Sequence record: NZ_CP044080.1
Source: a plasmid
Strand: one strand, 5' to 3'
DNA: 64,000 nucleotides
How positions within the stretch are numbered: position 1 is the stretch's first letter; each line of letters begins with the position of its first letter. The notes under the pieces were generated by a model, which did no database searches, was not told the DNA's origin, and saw nothing but the letters and a program-made list of their open reading frames with translations. Positions 54,837 to 64,000 of this stretch are shown here, piece after piece. A program made the position numbers and the translations under genes.

Positions 54837-57763
54837 CCCGGCTTTCCGGCGGTCTGATCGACCGCAACCGCAGCCTGAACTTCAGCTTCGACGGCAAGTC
54901 CTATACCGGGCACGCCGGCGACACGCTGGCCTCGGCGCTGCTTGCCAATGACGTGCGGCTGATGGGCCGCGGCTTCAAATATCACCGCCCGCGCGGCGTC
55001 TTTACCGCGGGCTCCGAGGAACCGAACGCGCTGGTGGAACTGCGCCAGGGCAACCGGCAAGAGCCGAACACCCGCGCCACCGCGGCCGAGCTGTTCGAGG
55101 GGCTGGACGCCCGCAGCCAGAACCATGTCGGCTCGCTGGGCTTCGACCTGCTGGCGGTGAACGACCTGATGTCGCCCTTCTTTGCGGCGGGCTTCTATTA
55201 CAAGACCTTCATGTGGCCCAAGGCGTTCTGGGAAAAGCTTTATGAGCCGATGATCCGTCGCGCGGCGGGCCTTGGCAGCCTGTCGATGCAGGCCGACCCG
55301 GACAGCTATGACTCGGGCTTCCTGCATTGCGACCTGCTGGTGATCGGCGGCGGCGCGGCGGGGCTTGCGGCGGCGCTGACCGCGGCGCGGACCGGCGCAC
55401 GGGTGATCCTGGCCGACGAGGACTTCCGCCTGGGCGGCCGCTTGCTTGCCGAAAGCGCGCCGCTGGACCGGCCGGCGACCGAATGGATCGCCGAGGTCGA
55501 GGCCGAATTCGCCAGCCTGCCGAACCTGCGCGTCATGCGCCGCACCACGGTCTGGGGCGCCTTCGACCATGGCATCTATGGCGCGGTCGAGCGGGTCTCG
55601 GACCACCTTCCGACGCCCGGCAAGCGCGTGCGGCAATCGCTGTGGCGCATCACCGCCAAGCGCGCGATCCTGGCCGCCGGCGCGACCGAGCGGCACATCC
55701 CCTTCGCCAACAACGACCGGCCCGGGGTGATGATGGCGGGCGCGATGCGGGCCTATGCCAACCGCTGGGCGGTCAGCCCGGCCAAGCGGGTGGCGATCTT
55801 CACCAACAACGACGACGGCCACCGCACCGCCGCCGACCTGGCCGCCAAGGGGGTCGAGATCGCCGCCGTGGTCGACAGTCGTCCCGACGCGCCCGCGCGC
55901 GGCAGCTGGCGCACCATTGCCGGCGGCATGGTCACCGACAGCAGGGGCCGGCTGGGCCTGGCCAAGGTCGAGGTGACGCAGAACGGCCGCGCGGAATGGA
56001 TCGACTGCGGCGCGCTCGGCGTCTCGGGCGGCTGGAACCCGAACCTGCATATCGCCTCGCACCATCGCGGGCGGCCGGTCTGGAACGAAGCCGCGCAAGC
56101 CTTCCTGGCCGAGGACGGCAATGTCGCGGGCCTCAGCATCGCCGGCGCCGCCGCCGGCAAGGGCTCGACCGTGCAGGCGCTGGCCTCGGGCGCGCAGGCG
56201 GCGGTCGCCGCGTTGGCCGACATCGGCATCAGCGCGCATCTGCCCGACCTGCCCCGCGCCGAGGACGAGGCGCTGAACCTCAAGCCGCTGTGGCACGTCC
56301 CCGGCAAGGGCCGCGCCTGGGTCGATTTCCAGAACGACGTGACCGTCAAGGACGTGAAGCTGGCCTATGTGGAAAACCTGCGCCCGGTCGAGCACCTGAA
56401 GCGCTGGACCACGCTTGGGATGGCGACCGACCAGGGCAAGACCTCGAACGTGACCGCGATCGCGGTGATGGCGGAACTGACGGGCCAGTCGTTGGGCCAG
56501 ACCGGCACCACGATCTTCCGCCCGCCCTATACGCCGGTCTCCATGTCGGTGCTGGGCGGCGGCGACACCGGCGCGCATTTCCGCCCGCGCCGGCTGACGC
56601 CGACGCATGAATGGGCGGCATCGCAGGGCGCGGTCTTCGTCGAGGTCGGGCAATGGATGCGGGCGCAATATTTCCCCCGCAAGGGCGAGACCACCTGGCG
56701 CCAGACCGTCGACCGCGAGGTTCTGGCCACCCGCGCGGGCGTCGGCATCTGCGACGTGACCACGCTGGGCAAGGTCGACGTGCAGGGCGCCGACGCCGGC
56801 GAGTTCCTGGACCGGGTCTATGCCAATGCCATGAAATCGCTGAAAGTCGGCATGGTCCGCTATGGCCTGATGCTGCGCGAGGACGGCTTTGCCTGGGACG
56901 ACGGCACCTGCGCCCGGCTGGCCGAGGACCAATATGTCGTGACCACGACCACGGCCAACGCCGGCACCATCTACAAGCATATGGAGTTCTGCCGGCAGTG
57001 CCTGTGGCCGGAACTCGACGTGCAGCTGATCTCGACCACCGACGCTTGGGCGCAATTGTCGGTCGCCGGCCCCCATGCCCGCAAGCTGCTGGAGCGGGTG
57101 GTGGACGGGTTCGACATCTCGAACGAGGGCTTCCCCTTCATGGCCTGCACCAACCTGACGGTCTGCGGCGGCCTTCGGGCGCGGCTCTTCCGCATCAGCT
57201 TCTCGGGCGAGTTGGCCTACGAGATCGCGGTGCCGGCGCGCTATGGCAATGCGCTGATGGCGCGGATGATGCAGGTCGGCGCCGACCTGGGCGCCACGCC
57301 CTATGGCACCGAGACGCTGGGCGTCCTGCGCATCGAAAAGGGCCATGCCGCCGGCAATGAGCTGAACGGCCAGACCACGGCGCAGATGCTGGGCATGGGC
57401 AAGATGGTCTCGACCAGGAAGGACTCGATCGGCGCGGTGCTGTCGCGGCGCGAGGGGCTGGTCGCCGACCGCCGCGTGCTGGTCGGGTTCCAGCCTGTCA
57501 ACGCCGCCGATCCGGTCATGGCCGGGGCGCATCTCTTTGCCGAAGGCGCGGCGCAGGATACTGCGAACGACCAGGGCTGGATCACCTCGGCCTGCTATTC
57601 GCCGCATGTCGGCAGCGCCATCGGGCTGGGCTATCTGGTGAATGGCGACAGCCGCAAGGGCGAGGTGGTGGTCGCCGCCAACCCGCTGCAAGGCCAGTCC
57701 GTGCGCGTTCGCGTGGTCTCGGCCCATTTCGTTGACCCCGAAGGAGGCCGTGTCCGTGACTGA
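54833..57763 (+). CDS. mgdC: N-methylglutamate dehydrogenase subunit C (sarcosine-oxidase alpha-like: FAD/NAD and GcvT-like domains).
   Basis: 976 aa. GxGxxG (VIGGGAAGLAAAL). C-terminal aminomethyltransferase-like region. ATGA coupling to mgdB. Confidence 0.8.
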   Translation: MTRLSGGLIDRNRSLNFSFDGKSYTGHAGDTLASALLANDVRLMGRGFKYHRPRGVFTAGSEEPNALVELRQGNRQEPNTRATAAELFEGLDARSQNHVGSLGFDLLAVNDLMSPFFAAGFYYKTFMWPKAFWEKLYEPMIRRAAGLGSLSMQADPDSYDSGFLHCDLLVIGGGAAGLAAALTAARTGARVILADEDFRLGGRLLAESAPLDRPATEWIAEVEAEFASLPNLRVMRRTTVWGAFDHGIYGAVERVSDHLPTPGKRVRQSLWRITAKRAILAAGATERHIPFANNDRPGVMMAGAMRAYANRWAVSPAKRVAIFTNNDDGHRTAADLAAKGVEIAAVVDSRPDAPARGSWRTIAGGMVTDSRGRLGLAKVEVTQNGRAEWIDCGALGVSGGWNPNLHIASHHRGRPVWNEAAQAFLAEDGNVAGLSIAGAAAGKGSTVQALASGAQAAVAALADIGISAHLPDLPRAEDEALNLKPLWHVPGKGRAWVDFQNDVTVKDVKLAYVENLRPVEHLKRWTTLGMATDQGKTSNVTAIAVMAELTGQSLGQTGTTIFRPPYTPVSMSVLGGGDTGAHFRPRRLTPTHEWAASQGAVFVEVGQWMRAQYFPRKGETTWRQTVDREVLATRAGVGICDVTTLGKVDVQGADAGEFLDRVYANAMKSLKVGMVRYGLMLREDGFAWDDGTCARLAEDQYVVTTTTANAGTIYKHMEFCRQCLWPELDVQLISTTDAWAQLSVAGPHARKLLERVVDGFDISNEGFPFMACTNLTVCGGLRARLFRISFSGELAYEIAVPARYGNALMARMMQVGADLGATPYGTETLGVLRIEKGHAAGNELNGQTTAQMLGMGKMVSTRKDSIGAVLSRREGLVADRRVLVGFQPVNAADPVMAGAHLFAEGAAQDTANDQGWITSACYSPHVGSAIGLGYLVNGDSRKGEVVVAANPLQGQSVRVRVVSAHFVDPEGGRVRD

Positions 57764-58319
57764 GCCCGTCAAGACTGATCTGGCGCCGATCTGCGCCCTG
57801 GGCGCCGCCGTGCCGCAAAGCCGCACCATCGGCGCGGTGACCCTGACCGAGAATGCCGAGCTGGGCCTCGCCTCGCTGGCCCTGCGCCGGGGTGGCGCGG
57901 CGCCCGGGCTGGGCTTCGCCCTGCCCGGCCCCGGCGGCTGGGCCGAAGGCGAGGGCATCGCCGCCTTCTGGACCGGGCCCGACCAGTGGATGGTCGAATT
58001 CCCCGGCCGGGCGGCCTCGGATGTCGCGGCCGGGCTCGCCGGCCCCGGCGTCTCGGTCACCGAGCAGACCGACGGTTTCGCCGCATTCGAGATCGCCGCG
58101 CCCGAGCCGGTACTGGTCGCGCTGATGGAAAAGCTGGTGAACGTCGATCCGGCCCGCTTCGGCCCCGGCTCGGCCACCCGCTGCGGCTTTCACCACATGA
58201 GCATTTTCGTCATCCGTCGCGCGGCGGATCAGTTGGCGGTGCTGGGCATGCGCTCGGCCGCCGGCACCATCTGGCACGCGCTCGCCAACGCCGCCGAACA
58301 GCAGGAGACCCGGGCATGA
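57756..58319 (+). CDS. mgdD: N-methylglutamate dehydrogenase subunit D (sarcosine-oxidase gamma-like).
   Basis: GTG start with an AAGGAGG RBS. SoxG-like. Stop overlaps the folD start. Confidence 0.7.
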   Translation: MTEPVKTDLAPICALGAAVPQSRTIGAVTLTENAELGLASLALRRGGAAPGLGFALPGPGGWAEGEGIAAFWTGPDQWMVEFPGRAASDVAAGLAGPGVSVTEQTDGFAAFEIAAPEPVLVALMEKLVNVDPARFGPGSATRCGFHHMSIFVIRRAADQLAVLGMRSAAGTIWHALANAAEQQETRA

Positions 58320-59203
58320 GCAACATCATTGACGGGAAGTCCTTTGCGTCTGGCTTGCGGGGTCGGGTTGCGTCTGGGGTTTCGGGGCTTGCGGCGCGGG
58401 GGATCGTGCCGGGGTTGGCGGTGGTGCTGGTGGGCGAGGACCCGGCCTCGGCGGTCTATGTCAGGAACAAGGGCGTCCAGACCCGCGAGGCGGGCATGGC
58501 CTCGTGGGAGCACAGGCTGCCGGCCGAGACGGCGCAGGCGGATCTGCTGGCGCTGATCGAGACGCTGAACCATGACCCGGCGGTGCACGGCATCCTGGTG
58601 CAGCTGCCGCTGCCCGGGCACATGGATGCCGAGGCGGTGATCAACGCCATCGACCCCGCCAAGGACGTGGACGGGTTCACCATCGGCAACGTGGGCCTTC
58701 TGGGCACCGGGCAAAGGGCGATGGTGCCCTGCACGCCCCTGGGCTGCATCATGCTGCTCAAGGACCGGCTGGGCGATCTTTCCGGGCTGAACGCGGTGGT
58801 GGTCGGGCGCTCGAACATCGTCGGCAAGCCGATGGCGCAGCTTCTGCTGGCCGAGAACTGCACGGTGACCATCGCCCATTCGCGCACCCGCGACCTGGCG
58901 GCGGTCTGCCGCGGCGCCGACATCCTGGTCGCCGCCGTCGGCCGGCCGCGGATGATCCGGGGCGACTGGATCAAGCCTGGGGCCACGGTGATCGACGTCG
59001 GCATCAACCGCATCGCTGAGGACGGCCGCACCCGGCTGGTCGGCGACGTGGATTTCGACAGCGCGGCCCGGGTCGCCGGCGCCATCACCCCGGTGCCGGG
59101 GGGCGTCGGGCCGATGACCATCGCCTGCCTGCTGGCCAACACGCTGACCGCCTGCTGCCGGGCGAACGGGCTGGCCGAGCCCGATCTGACCGGGGCCGCG
59201 TGA
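58316..59203 (+). CDS. folD: Bifunctional methylene-THF dehydrogenase / methenyl-THF cyclohydrolase.
   Basis: FolD motifs (..VQLPLP.., ..[13 protein letters not shown].., ..[11 protein letters not shown]..). Confidence 0.9.
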   Translation: MSNIIDGKSFASGLRGRVASGVSGLAARGIVPGLAVVLVGEDPASAVYVRNKGVQTREAGMASWEHRLPAETAQADLLALIETLNHDPAVHGILVQLPLPGHMDAEAVINAIDPAKDVDGFTIGNVGLLGTGQRAMVPCTPLGCIMLLKDRLGDLSGLNAVVVGRSNIVGKPMAQLLLAENCTVTIAHSRTRDLAAVCRGADILVAAVGRPRMIRGDWIKPGATVIDVGINRIAEDGRTRLVGDVDFDSAARVAGAITPVPGGVGPMTIACLLANTLTACCRANGLAEPDLTGAA

Positions 59204-59320
59204 GCCTGCGGCGGGGGCGCTGCCCCCACGCCCGTGCCGGGCGTCCCCCCGGGGTATTTGACAAACAGTGAAAGCCGGGCCCGGCGCGTGCCGCGGCGAC
59301 ATGACAGTGGAGAGAGCCCG

Positions 59321-60205
59321 ATGACCAAGTATTGCCTGACCGTCACCTGCCCCTCGACCCGGGGGATCGTGGCCGCGATCTCGACCGCGCTGGCCGAGCA
59401 GGGCTGCAACATCGTCGATTCGAGCCAGTTCGACGATGTCGAGACCGGCCGCTTCTTCATGCGCGTGAGCTTTGTCTCCGAAGAGGGCACCGGGCTCGCG
59501 GCGCTGCAGCAAAGCCTGGCGCCCGCGGCGCAGGCCTTCGGCATGGACTATGCCTTCCACGACGAGGCCGAGAAGATGAAGGTCGTGATCATGGTCTCGC
59601 GCTTCGGGCATTGCCTGAACGACCTTCTCTACCGCTGGCGCATCGGCGCGCTGCCGATCGAGATCGTGGCGGTGATCTCGAACCACATGGACTATCAGAA
59701 GGTGGTGGTGAACCACGACATCCCGTTCCACATGATCCGCGTCACCAAGGAGAACAAGCCCGAGGCCGAGGCGCGCATCCTGGCGGTGGTCGAGGAGACC
59801 GGGGCCGAGCTGATCGTGCTGGCGCGCTACATGCAGGTCTTGTCGGACGCGATGTGCCAGAAGATGTCGGGCCGGATCATCAACATCCACCATTCGTTCC
59901 TGCCGTCTTTCAAGGGGGCGAACCCCTACAAGCAGGCCTTCGAGCGCGGCGTGAAGCTGATCGGGGCGACCAGCCACTATGTGACCGCCGACCTGGACGA
60001 GGGCCCGATCATCGAGCAGGACACCATCCGCGTGACCCACGCCCAGTCGCCCGAGGATTACGTGAGCCTTGGCCGCGACGTGGAAAGCCAGGTGCTGGCG
60101 CGTGCCATCCACGCCCACATCCACCGCCGCGTGTTCCTCAACGGCAACAAGACCGTCGTCTTCCCCGCATCGCCGGGAAGCTACGCCTCCGAGCGCATGG
60201 GCTGA
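59321..60205 (+). CDS. purU: Formyltetrahydrofolate deformylase.
   Basis: N-terminal ACT domain plus a formyltransferase domain (..IINIHHSFLPSF.., HYVTADLDEGPII). GGAGAG RBS. Confidence 0.9.
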   Translation: MTKYCLTVTCPSTRGIVAAISTALAEQGCNIVDSSQFDDVETGRFFMRVSFVSEEGTGLAALQQSLAPAAQAFGMDYAFHDEAEKMKVVIMVSRFGHCLNDLLYRWRIGALPIEIVAVISNHMDYQKVVVNHDIPFHMIRVTKENKPEAEARILAVVEETGAELIVLARYMQVLSDAMCQKMSGRIINIHHSFLPSFKGANPYKQAFERGVKLIGATSHYVTADLDEGPIIEQDTIRVTHAQSPEDYVSLGRDVESQVLARAIHAHIHRRVFLNGNKTVVFPASPGSYASERMG

Positions 60206-60496
60206 AAAGGACGGGGGGCGGCCACCGAGCCGCCCGCACCCCGGCTTCTTTCGTGGTCAAATATCCCCGCCGGAGGCGGAACCGGGGCCTTGATCCCCCC
60301 GCCGCGAAAGCGCCGACAACCTGATCGTCGCCGGCGGCACCAGCTGCCGCCACCAGATCCACGGCGGCACGGGGCCGTCCGGGCCGGCGGCGCAATTTGC
60401 CGCTGTCGGCCATTGCTCCCTAGGCGCAACTGCACCAAATTCAGGCAAGGCCCCGGCGTCGCGACAGCCGGGGTCGGAGCAAGCAAAGAGGACCCT

Positions 60497-60787
60497 ATGT
60501 GTCAAGTCTATGCCAGCCAGCGTCCTGAAAGCTATGAACCCGTTACCCGGCGCCTTCGGCTCAGCGGCCATTCGACCAGCATCCGGCTGGAGCGCGGCTT
60601 CTGGTGCATCCTCGACGGCATGGCCGCGCGCGAGGGGATGACGACGCCGGCCTTCATCTCGCGGCTTTACGACGAGGTGCAGGAACTGCAAAGCGAGACT
60701 CGGAACTTCGCCTCGCTTCTGCGCTGCGCCTGCCTGATCGAGGCCCAGCACGGCCGGGACGCCGCCTTCGCGGCGGCGGCCGAATAG
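60497..60787 (+). CDS. Small ribbon-helix-helix (RHH_4-like) domain protein.
   Basis: 96 aa. Pattern ..RRLRLSGHSTSIRLERGFWCILDGMAAREGMTTPAFIS.. with an AAGAGGA RBS. Confidence 0.5.
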   Translation: MCQVYASQRPESYEPVTRRLRLSGHSTSIRLERGFWCILDGMAAREGMTTPAFISRLYDEVQELQSETRNFASLLRCACLIEAQHGRDAAFAAAAE

Positions 60788-60882
60788 CGCTCCGGAACCG
60801 CCTGTAGTACCCTGCTACTACCGGCCCGCGCCCGAATGTCCGTACCATCAGGACAGACAGGGGACGGGACGGGAACGGCGCG

Positions 60883-61278
60883 ATGGCCAAGGCAATCCAT
60901 TCGATGATCCGGGTGCTGGACGAAGGGCGCTCGGTGGATTTCTACGACCGCGCCTTCGGGCTCAAGGTGGACACGCGGCTGGACTTCGAGGGCTTCACCC
61001 TGCTCTATCTGCGCAATGCCGAGGCCGATTTCGAACTGGAACTGACCGTCAACAAGGACCGCCAGCGGCCCTATGACCTGGGCGACGGCTATGGCCACCT
61101 GGCCTTCGTGGTCGACGACCTGGCGGGTGAACACGCGCGCCTGACGGATGCCGGCTTCGCGCCGCGCAAGCTGGTCGACTTTGCCCCGGGGGGCGAGGTG
61201 ATCGCGCGCTTCTTCTTCATCGCCGACCCGGACGGCTATCAGATCGAGGTGCTGCAGCGGCAGGGCCGCTATCGCTGA
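60883..61278 (+). CDS. VOC-family protein / glyoxalase I-like.
   Basis: Glyoxalase fold motifs (..HSMIRV.D...S..FY...FG.., ..GYGHLAFVVDD.., ..DPDGYQIEV..). Confidence 0.8.
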   Translation: MAKAIHSMIRVLDEGRSVDFYDRAFGLKVDTRLDFEGFTLLYLRNAEADFELELTVNKDRQRPYDLGDGYGHLAFVVDDLAGEHARLTDAGFAPRKLVDFAPGGEVIARFFFIADPDGYQIEVLQRQGRYR

Positions 61279-61315
61279 AGGCCCCGGGGAGGGGGCCTGA
61301 CCAAGGGAGGACAGA

Positions 61316-61837
61316 ATGAACAGGATCGACCGCGCGGGGCTGACCCGGCGCGCGCTGCTGACGCACAGCGTGGCGGCGGGGGCCAGCCTTCTTGTCGGCG
61401 CGCATTGGGTCACGGGCCGCTCGGCGGCCTGGGCGCTTGAGGTGACGGCCGTGAAGCCGCAGACCATGGCGACGCTGGTGCAGATGGCGCGCGACATCTA
61501 TCCTCACGACCGCATCCCCGACGACCGCTATGCCGTCGCCGTCAAGGGCTATGACACCGTCGAAAAGGCCCCCATGGTCGAGGCGGGGATCGCCAGCCTT
61601 GACGCCGCCGCGCGCGCCCAGGGCCATGCCAGCTATGTCGCCGCCCTGTGGGAGGCGGACCGCGTGGCGGTGCTGCGCGCCATCGAAAAGGACGCGTTCT
61701 TTCGAACGGTGCGCGCCGGGCTGGTGACGGATCTTTACAACCAGAAAGAGATCTGGCCGCTGTTCGGCTATGAAGGGGAAAGCTTCAGCCACGGCGGCTA
61801 TATCGACCGCGGCTTCAACGACATCGCCTGGCTCTAG
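61316..61837 (+). CDS. Small (gamma) subunit of a GMC-type membrane-associated dehydrogenase (gluconate 2-dehydrogenase subunit-3 family), with a Tat signal.
   Basis: Twin-arginine motif TRRALLTHSVAAGASLL. Immediately upstream of the flavoprotein subunit. Confidence 0.7.
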   Translation: MNRIDRAGLTRRALLTHSVAAGASLLVGAHWVTGRSAAWALEVTAVKPQTMATLVQMARDIYPHDRIPDDRYAVAVKGYDTVEKAPMVEAGIASLDAAARAQGHASYVAALWEADRVAVLRAIEKDAFFRTVRAGLVTDLYNQKEIWPLFGYEGESFSHGGYIDRGFNDIAWL

Positions 61838-61851
61838 GGGGGACCGGGAAC

Positions 61852-63423
61852 ATGGCTGCTCCGTTCAGCAAGACCAACGACAGCGTGGTCGTCATCATCG
61901 GCACCGGCGCGGGCGGCGGCACGCTCGCCAACGAACTGGCGCAAAAGGGCATCCCGGTCGTCGCGCTCGAAGCCGGCGGCCGCTATCTGCCCGAGGATTA
62001 CGTCAACGACGAATGGGCCAGCTTTGCGCAGCTTGCCTGGCTGGATACCCGCCGGTCGGACGGCAGCTTCCGGCTGGCGCGCGACTTCGCGGGCCTGCCG
62101 TCCTGGATCGTCAAGGCGGTGGGCGGCACCACCACCCATTGGGCCGGCGCCTCGCTGCGCTTTCAGGACCACGAATGGAAGGCGCTGACGACCTATGGGC
62201 GGGTCGAAGGCGCCAGCCTGATGGACTGGCCCATCGACGCGGCCGAGATGGACCCCTGGTACACGCGCGCCGAGGCCAAGATGGGCGTCACCCGCACCAA
62301 TGGCCTGCCCGGGCTGCCCGGCAACAACAACTATCTGGTGATGGAAAAGGGCGCGAAGGCCGTCGGCTATGACAAGGTTCACACCGGCCGCATGGCGATC
62401 AATTCCATCGAATACGGCAACCGGCAGGCCTGCCAGCAGACCGGCTTCTGCTTTCAAGGCTGCAAATGGGGCGCCAAATGGTCCACCGCCTATACCGAAA
62501 TCCCGCTGGGCGAGGAAACCGGCAACCTCGAGGTGCGCGAACGCTGCCACGCCGCCCGGATCGAACATGACGACAAGGGCCGGGTGACGGGCGTGGTCTA
62601 TTTCGACGCCGAGGGCGTCGAGCAGCGCCAGGCCGCGCGGCTGGTCTGCGTGGCCGGCAACACAATCGAAAGTCCGCGACTGCTGCTGAACTCGGCCTCG
62701 TCGATGTTCCCGGACGGGCTGGCCAATTCCTCGGGGCAGGTCGGGCGCAACTACATGCGCCATGTGACGGGCTCGGTCTACAGCATCTTCGAGCAGCCGG
62801 TGCGGATGTGGCGCGGCACCGTCATGGCCGGGATCATGCAGGACGAGGCCCATCACGACCCCGCGCGCGGCTTCGTCGCCGGGTACGAGCTGGAAACCCT
62901 GTCGCTGGGCCTGCCCTTCATGGCGGCCTTCCTGGACCCCGGCGCCTGGGGGCGCGAATTCACCAGCGCGCTGGACGGCTATGAAAATATGGCCGGCATG
63001 TGGATCGTGGGCGAGGACATGCCCCAGGAAACCAACCGCATCACGGTGGACACGGGCGTTCTGGACCAGTTCGGCCTGCCGACGCCGGTGGTCCATTACG
63101 ACGACCACCCGAACGACGTCGCCATGCGCGACCACGCCTATGCACGCGGCATCGCGATCCACAAGGCGGCGGGGGCGGTGCGTTCGCTGCCCACGCCGCC
63201 CTATCCCTCGACGCACAACATCGGCTCGAACCGCATGTCGGACAATCCGCGCGACGGGGTGGTGAACCGCTGGGGGCAAAGCCACGACATCCCGAACCTG
63301 TTCGTGTCCGACGGCTCGCAATTCACCACCGGCGCGGCCGAGAACCCGACCCTGACCATCGTGGCGCTGGCCATCCGCCAGGCCGACCACATCGCCCGCG
63401 AGATGGGCGCGGGCACTCTGTGA
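61852..63423 (+). CDS. GMC-family FAD-dependent oxidoreductase (flavoprotein dehydrogenase subunit).
   Basis: N-terminal GxGxxG (VVVIIGTGAGGGTLANELA). GMC C-terminal active-site region (..NPTLTIVALA..). Confidence 0.85.
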   Translation: MAAPFSKTNDSVVVIIGTGAGGGTLANELAQKGIPVVALEAGGRYLPEDYVNDEWASFAQLAWLDTRRSDGSFRLARDFAGLPSWIVKAVGGTTTHWAGASLRFQDHEWKALTTYGRVEGASLMDWPIDAAEMDPWYTRAEAKMGVTRTNGLPGLPGNNNYLVMEKGAKAVGYDKVHTGRMAINSIEYGNRQACQQTGFCFQGCKWGAKWSTAYTEIPLGEETGNLEVRERCHAARIEHDDKGRVTGVVYFDAEGVEQRQAARLVCVAGNTIESPRLLLNSASSMFPDGLANSSGQVGRNYMRHVTGSVYSIFEQPVRMWRGTVMAGIMQDEAHHDPARGFVAGYELETLSLGLPFMAAFLDPGAWGREFTSALDGYENMAGMWIVGEDMPQETNRITVDTGVLDQFGLPTPVVHYDDHPNDVAMRDHAYARGIAIHKAAGAVRSLPTPPYPSTHNIGSNRMSDNPRDGVVNRWGQSHDIPNLFVSDGSQFTTGAAENPTLTIVALAIRQADHIAREMGAGTL

Positions 63424-63483
63424 CGCCGGACGAGCGGGCGCCCGCTCGTCCCCTTTCGGTCCCGCAAGGAGGGAGGTTCCAGG

Positions 63484-63822
63484 ATGAAACTCGTGCTTTC
63501 CGCAATCGTCATGGTGGCTGCGACCCCTGGCCTTGCGCAGGACGCGGCCGCCCGGCTCGAGGCGATGACCTGCCGCGACTTCCTGGCCCTTGGGGCCCGG
63601 GACCGCGAAACGGTCAAGGCCGCGCTGCTGGCCCATGCCTCGGGCGACCCGTTGCCCGACACGGCCCTGCCCTTGTCCCCGGCGGCGGATGCCACGGCAC
63701 CTGCGGCCGAAGGGACCGGGGGCGAGGATCGCGGCGTTGTCGCCATGCGCACGTCCTGCGACGGCGCCCCGGACGTGTGGGCGCTGGACGCCCTGCGGGC
63801 GGCGTTCGGAAACAACCTGTGA
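63484..63822 (+). CDS. Small secreted protein of unknown function, with a signal peptide.
   Basis: N-terminal signal MKLVLSAIVMVAATPGLAQD. GGAGG RBS. Confidence 0.45.
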   Translation: MKLVLSAIVMVAATPGLAQDAAARLEAMTCRDFLALGARDRETVKAALLAHASGDPLPDTALPLSPAADATAPAAEGTGGEDRGVVAMRTSCDGAPDVWALDALRAAFGNNL

Positions 63823-63873
63823 GGCAGGCGAGGGCGCACCCGCGTCCGCCGGTTCATTCGAGGAGTTGAAGCC

Positions 63874-64000
63874 ATGTCACAGCGTCTGACCGTCCTTGCG
63901 TCGCTTGCCTTGCCCCTGCTGATGGGGACGGCCTGGGCACAGGGCGACCCGCAATCGGTCGGGGTCGCGGTGGACGGCACCGTCGTCGAGGTGCCGGTCG
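63874..64000 (+). CDS. Secreted protein, 5' partial (continues beyond the window). Possibly the third subunit of the GMC dehydrogenase.
   Basis: Signal peptide MSQRLTVLASLALPLLMGTAWAQ. GAGGAG RBS. Confidence 0.4.
   Translation, partial: MSQRLTVLASLALPLLMGTAWAQGDPQSVGVAVDGTVVEVPV

Noticed and set aside
59204-59320. Possible ZTP (pfl) riboswitch upstream of purU.
   Set aside because: No conserved pfl pseudoknot or CUGGGCA-like elements. The region shows only two GC hairpins consistent with a folD terminator.
60290-60496. Reading frame with ..ADNLIVAGGTSCRHQIHGG.. between purU and the RHH gene, considered as a gene remnant.
   Set aside because: No start or RBS and no recognisable family. Probably non-coding GC-rich spacer containing the purU terminator hairpin.

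Overview
High-GC (about 65-68%) alphaproteobacterial DNA, Rhodobacterales/Paracoccus-like by codon bias and gene content. Annotation is mostly from reading the supplied six-frame ORFs; no database searches were run, so all family assignments are motif- and context-based.

Layout of the window:
- 1-5.3 kb: thiol/aromatic metabolism. ybdK-like ligase (truncated at the window edge), FAD-dependent aromatic monooxygenase with a marR gene downstream, GST-like protein and cysE.
- 5.6-11.3 kb: group-2-type capsule locus. GT25-like glycosyltransferase, kpsM, kpsT, kpsE and a fused glycosyltransferase-like / polysaccharide pyruvyl-transferase protein.
- 11.4-14.9 kb: two membrane proteins, minCDE and tRNA-Pro(CGG).
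- 14.9-30.1 kb: a mobile-element-dense accessory island starting about 200 bp downstream of the tRNA.
  - An IS3-family element carries a nested IS110-family element. The exact boundaries of the nested element are recoverable by comparison with a second, intact IS3 copy.
  - A tightly coupled five-gene operon of unknown function: metallophosphoesterase, Lon-type AAA+ ATPase without a protease domain, a 157-aa hypothetical, a second metallophosphoesterase with a C-terminal zinc ribbon (single-base frameshift), and a DUF2384/Xre-antitoxin-like protein.
  - Orphan IS66 fragments, lower-GC decayed gene remnants, and two different IS21-family elements (one with a frameshifted istA, one whose istB is split by the second IS3 copy).
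- 30.2-33.4 kb: molybdo-aldehyde-oxidoreductase cluster (2Fe-2S subunit, Mo subunit, dihaem cytochrome c) with an XRE-cupin regulator.
- 34.3-60.2 kb: a near-complete methylated-amine catabolic supercluster.
  - amt, mgsABC, gmaS, a GntR regulator, and an AmiC-like PBP-fold sensor gene carrying one in-frame TAG.
  - tmm with two GntR-type operator palindromes, tdm, an APC permease and dmmDABC-like genes.
  - A GlxA/AraC-type regulator, mgdABCD, folD and purU.
- 60.5-64 kb: small RHH protein, VOC/glyoxalase, and a GMC flavoprotein dehydrogenase with its small Tat subunit.

The two most promising novelty candidates are the five-gene metallophosphoesterase / Lon-AAA operon and a candidate bridge RNA in the nested IS110 element. 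The bridge-RNA candidate contains a 9-nt match to the element's own insertion site.
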